Source: a virus. Taken from it: 64,000 nt of DNA. The translations under genes and the position numbers were made by a program. The stretch lies in the IMG/VR virus record IMGVR_UViG_3300035527_000189, positions 2,889 to 66,888 of that record, one strand, 5' to 3'. Under the pieces are notes generated by a model. It was not told where the DNA came from. It saw only the letters and a list, made by a program, of their open reading frames with translations, and searched no databases. The stretch's first letter is position 1. The number at the start of each line of letters is the position of its first letter. This document shows, piece after piece, positions 1 through 9,900 of the stretch.

Positions 1-2
1 AA

Positions 3-527
3 CCTATAATAGATAGAACTAATCCAGATCATACACATTTAGAAGGAAGACATATACTTGAGATGGTTAATTTTAATCCTTCTTGGATTTCTGATGCTAA
101 CTTTACAACTAAAGCTATGTTGGAAGATAAGAGTGTGTTATTTCCAGCCCCGCCAGTTGATTCTACTAGTGATGCTATAGCCAATGCTTACAAGTCAGTA
201 GAGGTTTTAAAATCACAATTACTTAACATTGTTGTAACTCAAACACCTACTGGTATACTTCATTTTGACACCCCAACAAAAGGTATGAATAAGGATTTAT
301 ATTCTGCACTTATTTTAGCAGCACACGGTACACGAATGGTTGAACGTGAATTAGAAGAAGAAGGTGATCCTATTCTTTATAATGAAAGTGGTTTGGTTAG
401 AGGAAGAAACACACCAAATCAATCTTTTGATTATTTAGGTGCTACTGGAAATTTAGGGTTTGGGGGAAATAAAATAGCTTCTCGTGTAGGTTTGAGTGCA
501 GCTGTTTTAAAGAAAAAACCTAAATGA
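3..527 (+). CDS. Terminase large subunit, C-terminal nuclease-domain end (5' partial)
   Basis: Frame is open from base 3 (PIIDRTNPDHTHLEGRHILE precedes the M at 63); KDLYSALILA resembles the terminal acidic motif of TerL nuclease domains; lies upstream of the portal. Confidence 0.65.
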   Translation, partial: PIIDRTNPDHTHLEGRHILEMVNFNPSWISDANFTTKAMLEDKSVLFPAPPVDSTSDAIANAYKSVEVLKSQLLNIVVTQTPTGILHFDTPTKGMNKDLYSALILAAHGTRMVERELEEEGDPILYNESGLVRGRNTPNQSFDYLGATGNLGFGGNKIASRVGLSAAVLKKKPK

Positions 528-545
528 TAAGAGGCAGGTACACTG

Positions 546-1106
546 ATGTACTTTGATGAAGGTAAAATAATATCAGAGCACGGTAATGTTAAAGTTTATG
601 AATATGACAATGACTTACTTTTAGAAATAGGTCCTAGTCATAATATATGGGCTCTAGGTAGTGAAATAAAAGATTATATGGATCAATTAAAGGACTTGCC
701 CAAAGGTAGTGTTTTGGAAATAGGTTTGGGACTAGGTGTTGTGTCCAGATATATTTTGTCATTACCGTATGTAACAGATTTAACTACTATAGAAATAAAC
801 AGTAACGTAATAAAAGCTTACAAAGATTTATTAGATATTGATACAGATTTCATAAAGAGGTTTGGTTATAAAGATCATAATATTATAAATAAAAATGGTT
901 TAGATTATATTGATACTTCTGATAAAAAATTTGATTTTATATTTTTAGATTTTTATGATGTAATAGATGAAGATACTCTCCCTGTTATAAAAAGAGTAGC
1001 TAAAAAGAGTAAGAAATTATTAAAAACTAATGGTAGGGTAATGGGGTGGTTCGATCCTTATACCCCGTTAGAATTTATAGATGATTTTTATGAGGTTTTT
1101 AGTTAG
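546..1106 (+). CDS. Class I SAM-dependent methyltransferase (spermidine-synthase-like fold)
   Basis: Motif I VLEIGLGLG, motif II LTTIEIN, later FDFIFLDFYD. Confidence 0.75.
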   Translation: MYFDEGKIISEHGNVKVYEYDNDLLLEIGPSHNIWALGSEIKDYMDQLKDLPKGSVLEIGLGLGVVSRYILSLPYVTDLTTIEINSNVIKAYKDLLDIDTDFIKRFGYKDHNIINKNGLDYIDTSDKKFDFIFLDFYDVIDEDTLPVIKRVAKKSKKLLKTNGRVMGWFDPYTPLEFIDDFYEVFS

Positions 1107-1112
1107 ATTAAA

Positions 1113-1133
1113 CTAACCTCAATATTAAATAGA
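1113..1133 (+). promoter_or_regulatory. Putative phage late-promoter element CTAAC-N11-ATAGA
   Basis: ctaac ctcaatattaa ataga, intergenic, upstream of RBS aaggagg; same pattern recurs at 13054. Confidence 0.45.
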
Positions 1134-1164
1134 GTTATTAAATTAACTTAAAGGAGGTTCTTAT

Positions 1165-1359
1165 ATGTCAGATAGAGGTGATTTTATAGGCGATCCTTGG
1201 TGGAAAAATAAAGAGCAGCCAGAGGATTATACAAAAAGAAGAACTGGTGCTATTACTTACACTATGGATGATTTAATTGGAAGAAGAGACCTAACTAAAT
1301 ACAAACCAGTTACAACCGATGCCACTACGGTTTCTGGTACAGGAGATGTTCTAGTTTAA
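1165..1359 (+). CDS. Small hypothetical protein (64 aa)
   Basis: Strong RBS aaggagg at ~1150; fills the gap before the portal. Confidence 0.55.
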   Translation: MSDRGDFIGDPWWKNKEQPEDYTKRRTGAITYTMDDLIGRRDLTKYKPVTTDATTVSGTGDVLV

Positions 1360-1370
1360 TAGGTAATTTT

Positions 1371-3353
1371 ATGAAAAAAGATACATTAGATACAAATAAG
1401 TTAACAGCTGATTTACAAGCCAGATTTCCTAATGCAGGTATAGAATCGGTTTCTGTAAATTCAGAAACTGGGCAATCTACATTTATGTTGAGACCTACTA
1501 AACAAAATTTAGCTATTTTGGATAAACCAGGTATGGCCATTAAACCACATGTGTATGGTATGGAATCAGCTGCTACAATAAATAGAGATTTTATTTCAAG
1601 GCAAAATTTAGATTTAGGTCTATCTAAATCTCCCCATGAAGATGATCCGAAAAATCTTTTTAAGAGTGCAGAGAGGTATTATTACGAAGATCCCCTTATA
1701 GGGTCAGTTATAAATACTTTAGCTACTTTAGCTATGAAAGGTTTTGAGAATGATATTGATGATACAAATATAAAACAGTTTTATGATACTTGGGCATTTG
1801 ATGTTAATTTTGAAGAGGTTTTAGAGTGGATATTTTTAGATTTTTTTAAGATAGGGCATGTGGTTACTTATAAGGTTTTGGCTAAATATGAACCTAGAGT
1901 CTCTTATTTATCACCCATACCTGGCAAAAAAACTAATACCACTACTGATAAAGCTGAAATAGATCGTTTATATAAGCTTCATAATGGTTATGAGGAAGAA
2001 AAAGACGAAACTATTAGGATGATAATTAGGGATGCTAAAACAGCAGGCGCTGATCAAACTACTTTAGCAAAGATTGAGCAAGCTGCAAAAAAGAATATAT
2101 GGTCAAAAGGTCATCTGCCTGTAGCTTATACCGTGTTAAATCATCAACTTGTAAATATAGAAGGTAATTTGTTATTTGATAATGTTTCTGTTAAATTAAC
2201 CCCACCACAAGAATTAGGACAATTATTAAAAAAAGATAAATCAGAACTTACTGAAGAAGAGAAAGTACTTATTAAATCCCTACCAAATGAGCTTAAAAAA
2301 GCGTCAGAGAAGGGCGGTGAATTTCAATTAGATTCACGTTTAGTTGGAATGATAACTTATAGGAAACAACCTTATGAGCGTTATGCCAAACCTAGATCTA
2401 CTAGGGTGTTTGATACCCTTGAATATAAGAGGGCACTTAAACGTGCTGATATGAGTACTTTAGATGGTATATCGAATTATATATTAAAGATTACAATAGG
2501 TAACGACGAATACCCTGTAGTTTCACAGAAAGAACTTGAAACAGTAGCAAAATTGTTTGATACACCAAGTAAATCATTTGATGTAGTATGGAATCATACT
2601 TTAGAGATTGAAAAAATTGTATCTCCAGAAATAGAAGCTATTTTAGGGCCGTCTAAATATGAACAGGTTAATGAAGATATGACCGCTGGTTTAGCTGTTA
2701 CTAGAGCTTTAATAGACGGTACAGGTGATATTAATACTGCTGAAGTTAGTTTATTAACTAAAGGCATAATGGAGGAAATTCATTATGCTAGGCGTCAAGT
2801 AGAGAAATGGATATATAAAGAGTATCGCCAAATAGCCGAAGCCATGGGTTTTGATCGTTTTCCTAAAATTCGTTGGGATGATAGTGTTTTAAGGGATGAA
2901 ATTCTATATATGAGTACTTTAAGTTCTATGGTAGATAGGAGGATGTTATCTTATCAAACAGCATTAGAGGCATTAGGTTTCGATTATAATAATGAGTTGG
3001 AAAATATGAAGAAAGAGTTACCATTAGTAAAAGATGGAACATTTGGAATTACAGGTTCTCCGTTCCAGCAATCAACTTCAGGTCCTGGGATACAGCCAAC
3101 CCAAAAATCACCTACGGGTACACCATCTGGTGGTCGGCCTAAAGGACAGACTAAAAAGAAAACACCTAATACTAATCCAGATAAACAGCCTGGACAAAAA
3201 CCCACTAAAAAACAAAAATCAGCATCAGTTGAAGAGATTAAAGAAATGACTGAAGAGCAATATGGGGCATTTTTAGATGGAGCTAAAGAGGTATTAAGTG
3301 GGGATGATTATTCTAACTTTTTAGATGATATAGAAGAGATGAGAAATGCGTAA
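1371..3353 (+). CDS. Portal protein
   Basis: 660 aa between terminase and protease; portal-like segments (YYYEDPLIGSVINTLA, PYERYAKP, FPKIRWDD, LEALGFDY) and low-complexity K/P C-tail. Confidence 0.8.
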   Translation: MKKDTLDTNKLTADLQARFPNAGIESVSVNSETGQSTFMLRPTKQNLAILDKPGMAIKPHVYGMESAATINRDFISRQNLDLGLSKSPHEDDPKNLFKSAERYYYEDPLIGSVINTLATLAMKGFENDIDDTNIKQFYDTWAFDVNFEEVLEWIFLDFFKIGHVVTYKVLAKYEPRVSYLSPIPGKKTNTTTDKAEIDRLYKLHNGYEEEKDETIRMIIRDAKTAGADQTTLAKIEQAAKKNIWSKGHLPVAYTVLNHQLVNIEGNLLFDNVSVKLTPPQELGQLLKKDKSELTEEEKVLIKSLPNELKKASEKGGEFQLDSRLVGMITYRKQPYERYAKPRSTRVFDTLEYKRALKRADMSTLDGISNYILKITIGNDEYPVVSQKELETVAKLFDTPSKSFDVVWNHTLEIEKIVSPEIEAILGPSKYEQVNEDMTAGLAVTRALIDGTGDINTAEVSLLTKGIMEEIHYARRQVEKWIYKEYRQIAEAMGFDRFPKIRWDDSVLRDEILYMSTLSSMVDRRMLSYQTALEALGFDYNNELENMKKELPLVKDGTFGITGSPFQQSTSGPGIQPTQKSPTGTPSGGRPKGQTKKKTPNTNPDKQPGQKPTKKQKSASVEEIKEMTEEQYGAFLDGAKEVLSGDDYSNFLDDIEEMRNA

Positions 3354-3373
3354 ATACCTTAAGGAGAATAAAA

Positions 3374-3773
3374 ATGACAACTTTATCAAATATTTACAAT
3401 GCGAATTTTAAAAAGTCCGAGGCAAAGCTGCTGAAGGTTTCGTCAGACCGACCTTGAGTGAATTTTTTATGAGTCATAAATATTTTGTTGAAATTGAAAG
3501 TGCTGCGGGAGGTTGGGTAAGAACTTTGGCCGAGCCATCGCCACTGACAGTTCTGACAATATTTATGTTACAGGTATTTGGGACAACGGGCCTGATAGAG
3601 ACATCTTCATAACCAAACTTCCTAACGATGGTTCTGGAACTGGCACCTATGGTAATTTTACCTATGCAGAAAGTTCATTAACTGATTCAGTGGGCTCATT
3701 AACTGATTCAGCAGGGTCTTTAACTGATTCAGCGGGTTCTTTAACTGAAGGCACACCGTATGAAATTGAATAA
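3374..3773 (+). pseudogene. Decayed beta-propeller (SBBP-repeat-like) virion gene remnant in three frames
   Basis: RBS aaggag + ATG 3374 stops at 3457; ATG 3469 frame gives GGWVRTL; another frame continues GRAIATDSSDNIYVTG..DIFITKL, a single propeller blade, then SLTDS repeats to TAA 3773. Confidence 0.5.
3675..3752 (+). repeat. 21-nt tandem repeat x3.7 encoding SLTDS(V/A)G
   Basis: tcattaactgattcagtgggc / tcattaactgattcagcaggg / tctttaactgattcagcgggt / tctttaactgaaggc. Confidence 0.9.
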
Positions 3774-3802
3774 TTATGTAGTATAAAAGATAGGAGTATA
3801 AT

Positions 3803-4918
3803 ATGGATGATACACAAAAATTTTATTTAACAGCAAGTATTAAGATGGAGAAAGAAACAGATGAACTAAAACAAGAAGTGGCGTCTGTTATAGATCTACC
3901 TGAAGGTAAGGAAAAACAACCAGATTTGTCATATTTTAGTGCGATTTTTGTTTCCAGCGGGGAAAATCTAAACCATGCTTATTTTTTAGGTTCAGAGCTG
4001 GTCGATGCAGCAGAATCTATAGTAAGTAAGGCTTTAGATGTAGAGCATGAGGAGCAAGAAATCATTGGGCATTTGTACTCTTATGCTTTTACTGATGAGT
4101 CAGGTTCCCAGTTAAATATGACTGAATTAGCTTCTACCGAAACTGCAACTTTAGACTCAAAAAATATGCATATACAAATAGGTTCAATTGTATATAAAAA
4201 TAGATTTCCTGAAATTGCTAAAGAGATTGCAGATAATGAGTGGATGGTTTCAATGGAATGTTACTACAAAGATTTCGATGTTAAGATTGGTGACTTAATT
4301 ATAACTAGAGATACAGCCAATTCAATTGGGATAGAAGTATCGAATGATGAAATTTATGGCAAATCAGGTAAGGTAATAAAAGATGGTAAAGAAATTGCTT
4401 CAGGTACTATAGCAAGGGTACTTAGAGGTATTTGTTTTTCAGGTTGCGGAATTGTTAAAAACCCTGCAAATCCACCATCTGTAGTTCTTGAAGTAGCTAC
4501 TAAAGATATTGAAACCATGACTTTTTACATGGATGAACAAGAGGAAACGGCCTCTACTGAAGAGCCTGTGAATAATGTAACCTCTAAAGAAGTAGAAAGT
4601 GTAAATTTTTCTGATGAAGAAGAATCAGCACTAACTTATGACGACACAGTAGGTATTTGTGTTAGTTATAAAAAGCGTTTTGAAGATAAGGAAGGCTCAA
4701 TTATAGCTGAAAACTGGTGTTCTGAATTTTCTACTACATGTACATCAGCTTCCAGAGATGCCTCTGACCAAGGTTGTTTAAGGAATATAGCTATGAATAA
4801 AGCTAATGCTTATGTCGAAAAGCTTTTAGAAGATAGACGGAATAAGATTGACACTAAAGGTTCTCTTAATCGTCTACTTTCAGCTTTGGAAAAGGCTGAT
4901 AAATTTAAAATGGTATAA
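3803..4918 (+). CDS. Prohead maturation protease-like protein
   Basis: Follows the portal; LDVEH..IIGH, VSMEC and FSGCGIVKNPA motifs typical of HK97-type head proteases; acidic linker then Cys-containing C-terminal extension. Confidence 0.65.
   Translation: MDDTQKFYLTASIKMEKETDELKQEVASVIDLPEGKEKQPDLSYFSAIFVSSGENLNHAYFLGSELVDAAESIVSKALDVEHEEQEIIGHLYSYAFTDESGSQLNMTELASTETATLDSKNMHIQIGSIVYKNRFPEIAKEIADNEWMVSMECYYKDFDVKIGDLIITRDTANSIGIEVSNDEIYGKSGKVIKDGKEIASGTIARVLRGICFSGCGIVKNPANPPSVVLEVATKDIETMTFYMDEQEETASTEEPVNNVTSKEVESVNFSDEEESALTYDDTVGICVSYKKRFEDKEGSIIAENWCSEFSTTCTSASRDASDQGCLRNIAMNKANAYVEKLLEDRRNKIDTKGSLNRLLSALEKADKFKMV
4576..4596 (+). promoter_or_regulatory. Intragenic copy of the TGTAAC-N10-NTAGA element
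   Basis: tgtaac ctctaaagaa gtaga within the protease linker. Confidence 0.3.
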
Positions 4919-4932
4919 GGAGGAATAACTAA

Positions 4933-5358
4933 ATGCCACAATTAGGTCAAGCCCAGTCAGGGAAACTTAGGAGTACTCCTAAACAGCTTAATGTTAAAGC
5001 ATCTGATAAATATGCTTTAATGTTTAAGAATTATGGTAATAACCATAATGCACCCTTTATTTGGTCTAGTACAGCTACGGTAGCGAGTGGAGTTTCTGAA
5101 GTTACTGTGGTAAGTGGAATCAAGTTTTATGACATGGATCTTGCTACATATGGAAACTTTGTAGCTACACCTACTTCAGATCCAGGTGATGATTTTTGGA
5201 TTTCACAAGATACTGAGACCAATGAAGTAAAAATTGTAGTAGGTACTTCGGTATCTGACGATGTAACTTTTAATGTTCAGGTAATGTTGGGTGCTGATGT
5301 AGATATTAGTGCTTACAGTACTAGAGGAACTGGTGCCCCTCAACAGTCTTACCCTTAA
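4933..5358 (+). CDS. Hypothetical head-associated protein
   Basis: RBS aaggagg; beta-rich composition; sits in the head cluster. Confidence 0.6.
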   Translation: MPQLGQAQSGKLRSTPKQLNVKASDKYALMFKNYGNNHNAPFIWSSTATVASGVSEVTVVSGIKFYDMDLATYGNFVATPTSDPGDDFWISQDTETNEVKIVVGTSVSDDVTFNVQVMLGADVDISAYSTRGTGAPQQSYP

Positions 5359-5489
5359 TGAATTAAAATTATGTTGAAAATAGGATGAGGAAAAGGAATA
5401 ATTAAACAGTCCTATAAAAACAAAAAAAGAAATCAGGTTGGTGTTACTAAACTTTGTTAGTAATACATTTTACAAGGAGGAATACCTTA

Positions 5490-6218
5490 ATGGATGAAAA
5501 ATTTTTGAAAGAAGTTGAAGAAGCTGTAACTAAAATCTTTTCAGAAAAAGAAGAAGCAGCCCAAAGACAGGCTACACAGGATGCTCTTAATGAGTCTGCT
5601 GAAACTATTTCTAATCTGACTGATAGTTTAGAAGAGAAAACTGAAGAGTTTGAAACAACTAAAGCTTCTTTGGAAGAAACAATTAAAAGCAAAGATGTTG
5701 AAATTGCCGAAATTACTAGTAAGCTTGAGGCAGCTGAAAATAAATTATCGGAAACCGAGGCATCACTGTCTTCTGCAGAAGAAGACTTGGAAAACATGAA
5801 GAAAGACACCCTTGCTGCGGCAAGGATGGTTGAATTAGAGGAAGTAAAAGTAGCAATGGCTAATGACATCGAAGCTCAAACTGCTAAAGTTAGAGAGATG
5901 TCTGACGAAGAATTTGCTGCTTATAAAGCAGAACGCATTGAATTACGTGAGTCTGTCATGAAAGAATTAGAGGAAGCTAGAAAGGCTGAGGAAGAAGCAG
6001 CTAAAAATAACTCTAATAGTGATGAGGGTGGAACTGAAGCAGCTTCTCAAGGCAATAAAGCCAAGGGAACTACAACCCCACCAGCACAAATAGCTCCTGG
6101 GCAAGCAATGGCAGCAGCTATGAATTTCGAACATAAACCTTCGGATGACATGCTTTCAAAATATGCTGATATGGGTAAAGCCATGGCAGCTAGCATGACA
6201 CCTGAAAGATCAAAGTAA
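5490..6218 (+). CDS. Capsid scaffolding protein (coiled coil)
   Basis: RBS aaggagg at 5474-5480 favours ATG 5490 over 5454; E/A/K heptad-rich; lies between protease and capsid genes. Confidence 0.6.
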   Translation: MDEKFLKEVEEAVTKIFSEKEEAAQRQATQDALNESAETISNLTDSLEEKTEEFETTKASLEETIKSKDVEIAEITSKLEAAENKLSETEASLSSAEEDLENMKKDTLAAARMVELEEVKVAMANDIEAQTAKVREMSDEEFAAYKAERIELRESVMKELEEARKAEEEAAKNNSNSDEGGTEAASQGNKAKGTTTPPAQIAPGQAMAAAMNFEHKPSDDMLSKYADMGKAMAASMTPERSK

Positions 6219-6236
6219 CGAGGAGGAAAGAAAGGT

Positions 6237-6863
6237 ATGTTTATTCCTAGACATTCAGTTATAGCAAACCAGTTTTGCAGCTACGCAGAAAGTGAAACCT
6301 TTGGTTCAGCCGGCGTAGGAGGAGTAGTTGCTTATGCTGGTTCAGTAGTATATCTAGATCCTGATGCTACTAATGAGGAACCAATGGTAAAGAAAATGGA
6401 GCATGGTGTTACAGAAACACCTTTTGGTTTCAGTATGCAGAAAGTTAAAGTAGGTTACCATCAGGTACACCCAACTGGTTTCTATATGCCAGGTGATTTG
6501 GGCTCTAGTGATGCTATTGCTCAACCACTTTATAATGCATCAGGTGCAATTACTGGTCATAAATCAGTCCCAGTGGGTATAGCTCATCTTGGCATTTATG
6601 ATACTGTTCATTATATTTGTGATGCTACTGACGGCACCGTTGATACTAAAATGAAACCAGGACAGTCATTGTATCCTGCGTCTTATCAGGCAAGGGTTAC
6701 TAATAATACTGATGCTGCTGCAGAGGATGCAAGTGGTGAAACTGGAGCAAGATGTTCAACAACTGCTGTTGGTAGAGTAGTTAAGGGAGCAAGTGTTGCA
6801 AAATGTCAAGCAAATATTGATAACACAACACTTTATCCAATTAGAATTAAACTCCTTGTTTAA
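6237..6863 (+). CDS. Head decoration / minor capsid protein
   Basis: RBS gaggagg; 208 aa, directly upstream of the major capsid gene. Confidence 0.5.
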   Translation: MFIPRHSVIANQFCSYAESETFGSAGVGGVVAYAGSVVYLDPDATNEEPMVKKMEHGVTETPFGFSMQKVKVGYHQVHPTGFYMPGDLGSSDAIAQPLYNASGAITGHKSVPVGIAHLGIYDTVHYICDATDGTVDTKMKPGQSLYPASYQARVTNNTDAAAEDASGETGARCSTTAVGRVVKGASVAKCQANIDNTTLYPIRIKLLV

Positions 6864-6926
6864 TAGGAGTTAAAATCGGATTAATGTAATTATACATCCG
6901 AAATTATAAATTATTAGGAGGAAATT

Positions 6927-9900
6927 ATGGAAAGACAGGAAATGATGGACTTGTTCAAAGCAACTGCCGAAGTTAATACTCCTGAAGGCATGGCAGCATA
7001 TCGTGCTTTTGCTGCCGCTTTGACAACCCCTATCTTACAAAAAATTGAGTTGGAATCAGTTATGCGCCAACTCTTTACAGTGGAAAGACTAGGTCCGGGA
7101 GCTCAAGCAGTATATCCTGTGGCTGGATGACTTTGGCCACACTTATAGTAATATAAGTTAAATAAAAAGAACTATATGCTGGAACATCCTGTTAATCTTT
7201 AGGTACTAGCCTTAGGGCAGTGAAAATCTTAAAGATAGGGACAATCAGCAGGAAACCTTTTATAGGGTTCCTCAACGACTATACGTTCTTCCCCTCAATC
7301 GAGGGTGATGATATAGTCTGAACTTGGCGGAGACGCCAAGAGGGAGTGCCGAAGAGCCTCCCCGCCTAACAGGTAAAGCTGAGGTCTTTATAAGTAACAG
7401 AGTGGAAGATTTCGAAATTCCGGTTTGGGTGCTCCCTGGACTTGGATATGTTGCACAGAACTTCATTGAGGGTATTTAAACCAATGCTCTCGTAAAATTT
7501 CACTAAATGCTGGAAAATCTTCTAAAGATTATTTTACTGACATCGTAAAAATAAATAATACATGGAGACAATCATGCAGGAAACTATTACAGAAAAGAAT
7601 ATAATTGAATGGATCGCAGGCTTTTATGACGCAGAGGGTTGTTTTAGGATAAGTAAACAAAATAGGAAAAAGTATATTTCCTATAGTCCTAGAGCAATAA
7701 TTAATAATACTGATTTAGATACGATGGAGTATATAATCTCTACGTTAGTTAATAAATATGGAATAAATGGTCATGTTAGAAATTCTAATCCTACTACTAA
7801 TAGAAATGCAGTTAAATATTTGGAAATAGGTAGAATAACTAAAGTGATTGATTTATGTGAGTTATTACTTCCGTATTCTATAGTAAAATACGATGAAGTA
7901 AAGTTATTACAGGAATTTTGTATATCTAGAAGAGATAGATTTATTAGGTATAATATAAAAAATTTCAAACTTCCATATAGTAACTATGAGATATCTCTAT
8001 ACGAATCTATGGCAGAATTTAAAGCTCATAAAAAAGGTAGAAAGTGTTTAAGTTACATCCCAATATATCCAGAGATACGAAATGAAATTACTTGGCCATG
8101 GTTGGCAGGTTATACGGATGGTGATGGCAGCTTTAGTATTAACAAAAGAGGTACAGCTTCTTATTGTTTAGCGACTTCTAATCCTACTGCGAGTGATATG
8201 TTAAAAGCTTTTTTTATTGACAAAAATATATCTTTTTATTTTGATAGTCAATTACCTTCTAAAAACCATTTAAGCACTTGTAAGCGCAGAATATTTAGAT
8301 TTTTTATAAATAATGTTGAAGATATACTATACATTATAAAAAATACAGGAAAATATCTTGTATCGAAATATGATACAGCACAGCTTATGCAAGAATACTG
8401 TGAGTTAAGAAAAGATAGAAAGGGTAAATGGCGAACAGAATATGAAAATTTATTTGTTGGAAGAATGGCTAAATTAACACAATAGATTCCCCAGAGACTA
8501 TACGTGAAACACAACTGTGAAGATATAGTCCGAACTCATAGGAGACTATGAGAGGAGAGGTCGAAGAACTTCTCCCGCCTGATAAATCAGGTCATTAAAG
8601 TAACAGAATATTTGATTGGTGAAGAAGTTTATGTCCCAACATTCACAATAGATGCAGCAGCAGATTGGAAAATAACCTATGCTAGAGATTCTCGTATTGA
8701 TATTGCTACAAGAGCAGCAAATCGAGCAGCAAAAGATCTAGCTAATTACGAGGAAGAGTCAAAAACACATGCTCCTTAATATGGTGACATATTAAGCAAA
8801 CCACGAATATGCTGGAAGGTCTCGTGAGGCTATAAGTACTAGTCGATAGACAGTAATAATCTTATAGATAGAGAAAATCAGCAGAAATGGAGATTTTATG
8901 ATAATTGAAAGAGAAATAATAGAAAATACATATAAAGGTAATATTTTTGAAACTGCTTCAGAATTAAGAGTTTCAGTACAAACTATAATGGCATCACTAA
9001 AAAAATATAATATAAAGTTTGAAAAACCCAAGCACATATATGGTGATCTAAAAAGAACATCATTTTCAAATTTTCAAAAAGGTCTTTTGATAGGTAGTAT
9101 TTTAGGTGACGGTCATTTAGAAAAAAGATCACATTTGAAAAATGCTTCTTTTAGAGAAGAACACTCTATGGATCAAGTGGAATGGTTAAAATGGAAATAT
9201 TATAATCTTAAACCATTTACAACTTCCAATATGTGGAATAGGGATAGAGGAAAGAAATTTCTTATGCCAGATGGTAAGGGAGGCAAAAAATACTATAATA
9301 TACAAAAAGTATGTGCTATGTCTACAAACACTCACCCATATTTAACTGAACTGCATAATGAGTTTTATGTTGATAGAATTAAAACAGTGCCTTTTGATTT
9401 TATAGATAAAAATTTTGACATAATAGCACTTGCGACATTGATTGGTGATGATGGAAATCTATGTGAAAATAGTGTCAGATTTTGTACTGATAGTTTTACA
9501 AAGAAGGAAGTTTATTTTTTGGCTGATATTTTTTCTAAATTTTATAAGAGTAGGATAACTGTCAGAGAAGAAAAGAAAGATAAGTTCAGAATTATATTTA
9601 CTGAAGCAAGAAAAGATATTAATTTTTTTAATACAATAAGAGATATATTACCTAAATGTATGCATCATAAAATTACTCCAGTTCTCAACGAACACCAAGT
9701 GGCTACTCAATGAGTAGATGGTATGTTCTGAACTGTGTGGAGACACACAGAGGGTAAAAGAAATTTTGCCCCGCCCAAATAAATTTGGGTCTTAAAAGTA
9801 ACAGATTTGGTGGTTGGCGTGTAATTATGCCAGCAGCAACCTCGGCTTTTAGTGGTAAAGGTCTATTAGGTTCTAGGCCGGCACCAATTTATGAAATTAA

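Noticed and set aside
3414-3460. Hammerhead-like ctgacga/gaaac on the minus strand of the GC-richer segment
   Set aside because: No stem II between CUGANGA and GAAA and no closing stems; at most a weak hairpin
3675-3752. Possible CRISPR array (also the 58243 repeats)
   Set aside because: No unique spacers; units are contiguous multiples of 3 that encode peptide repeats
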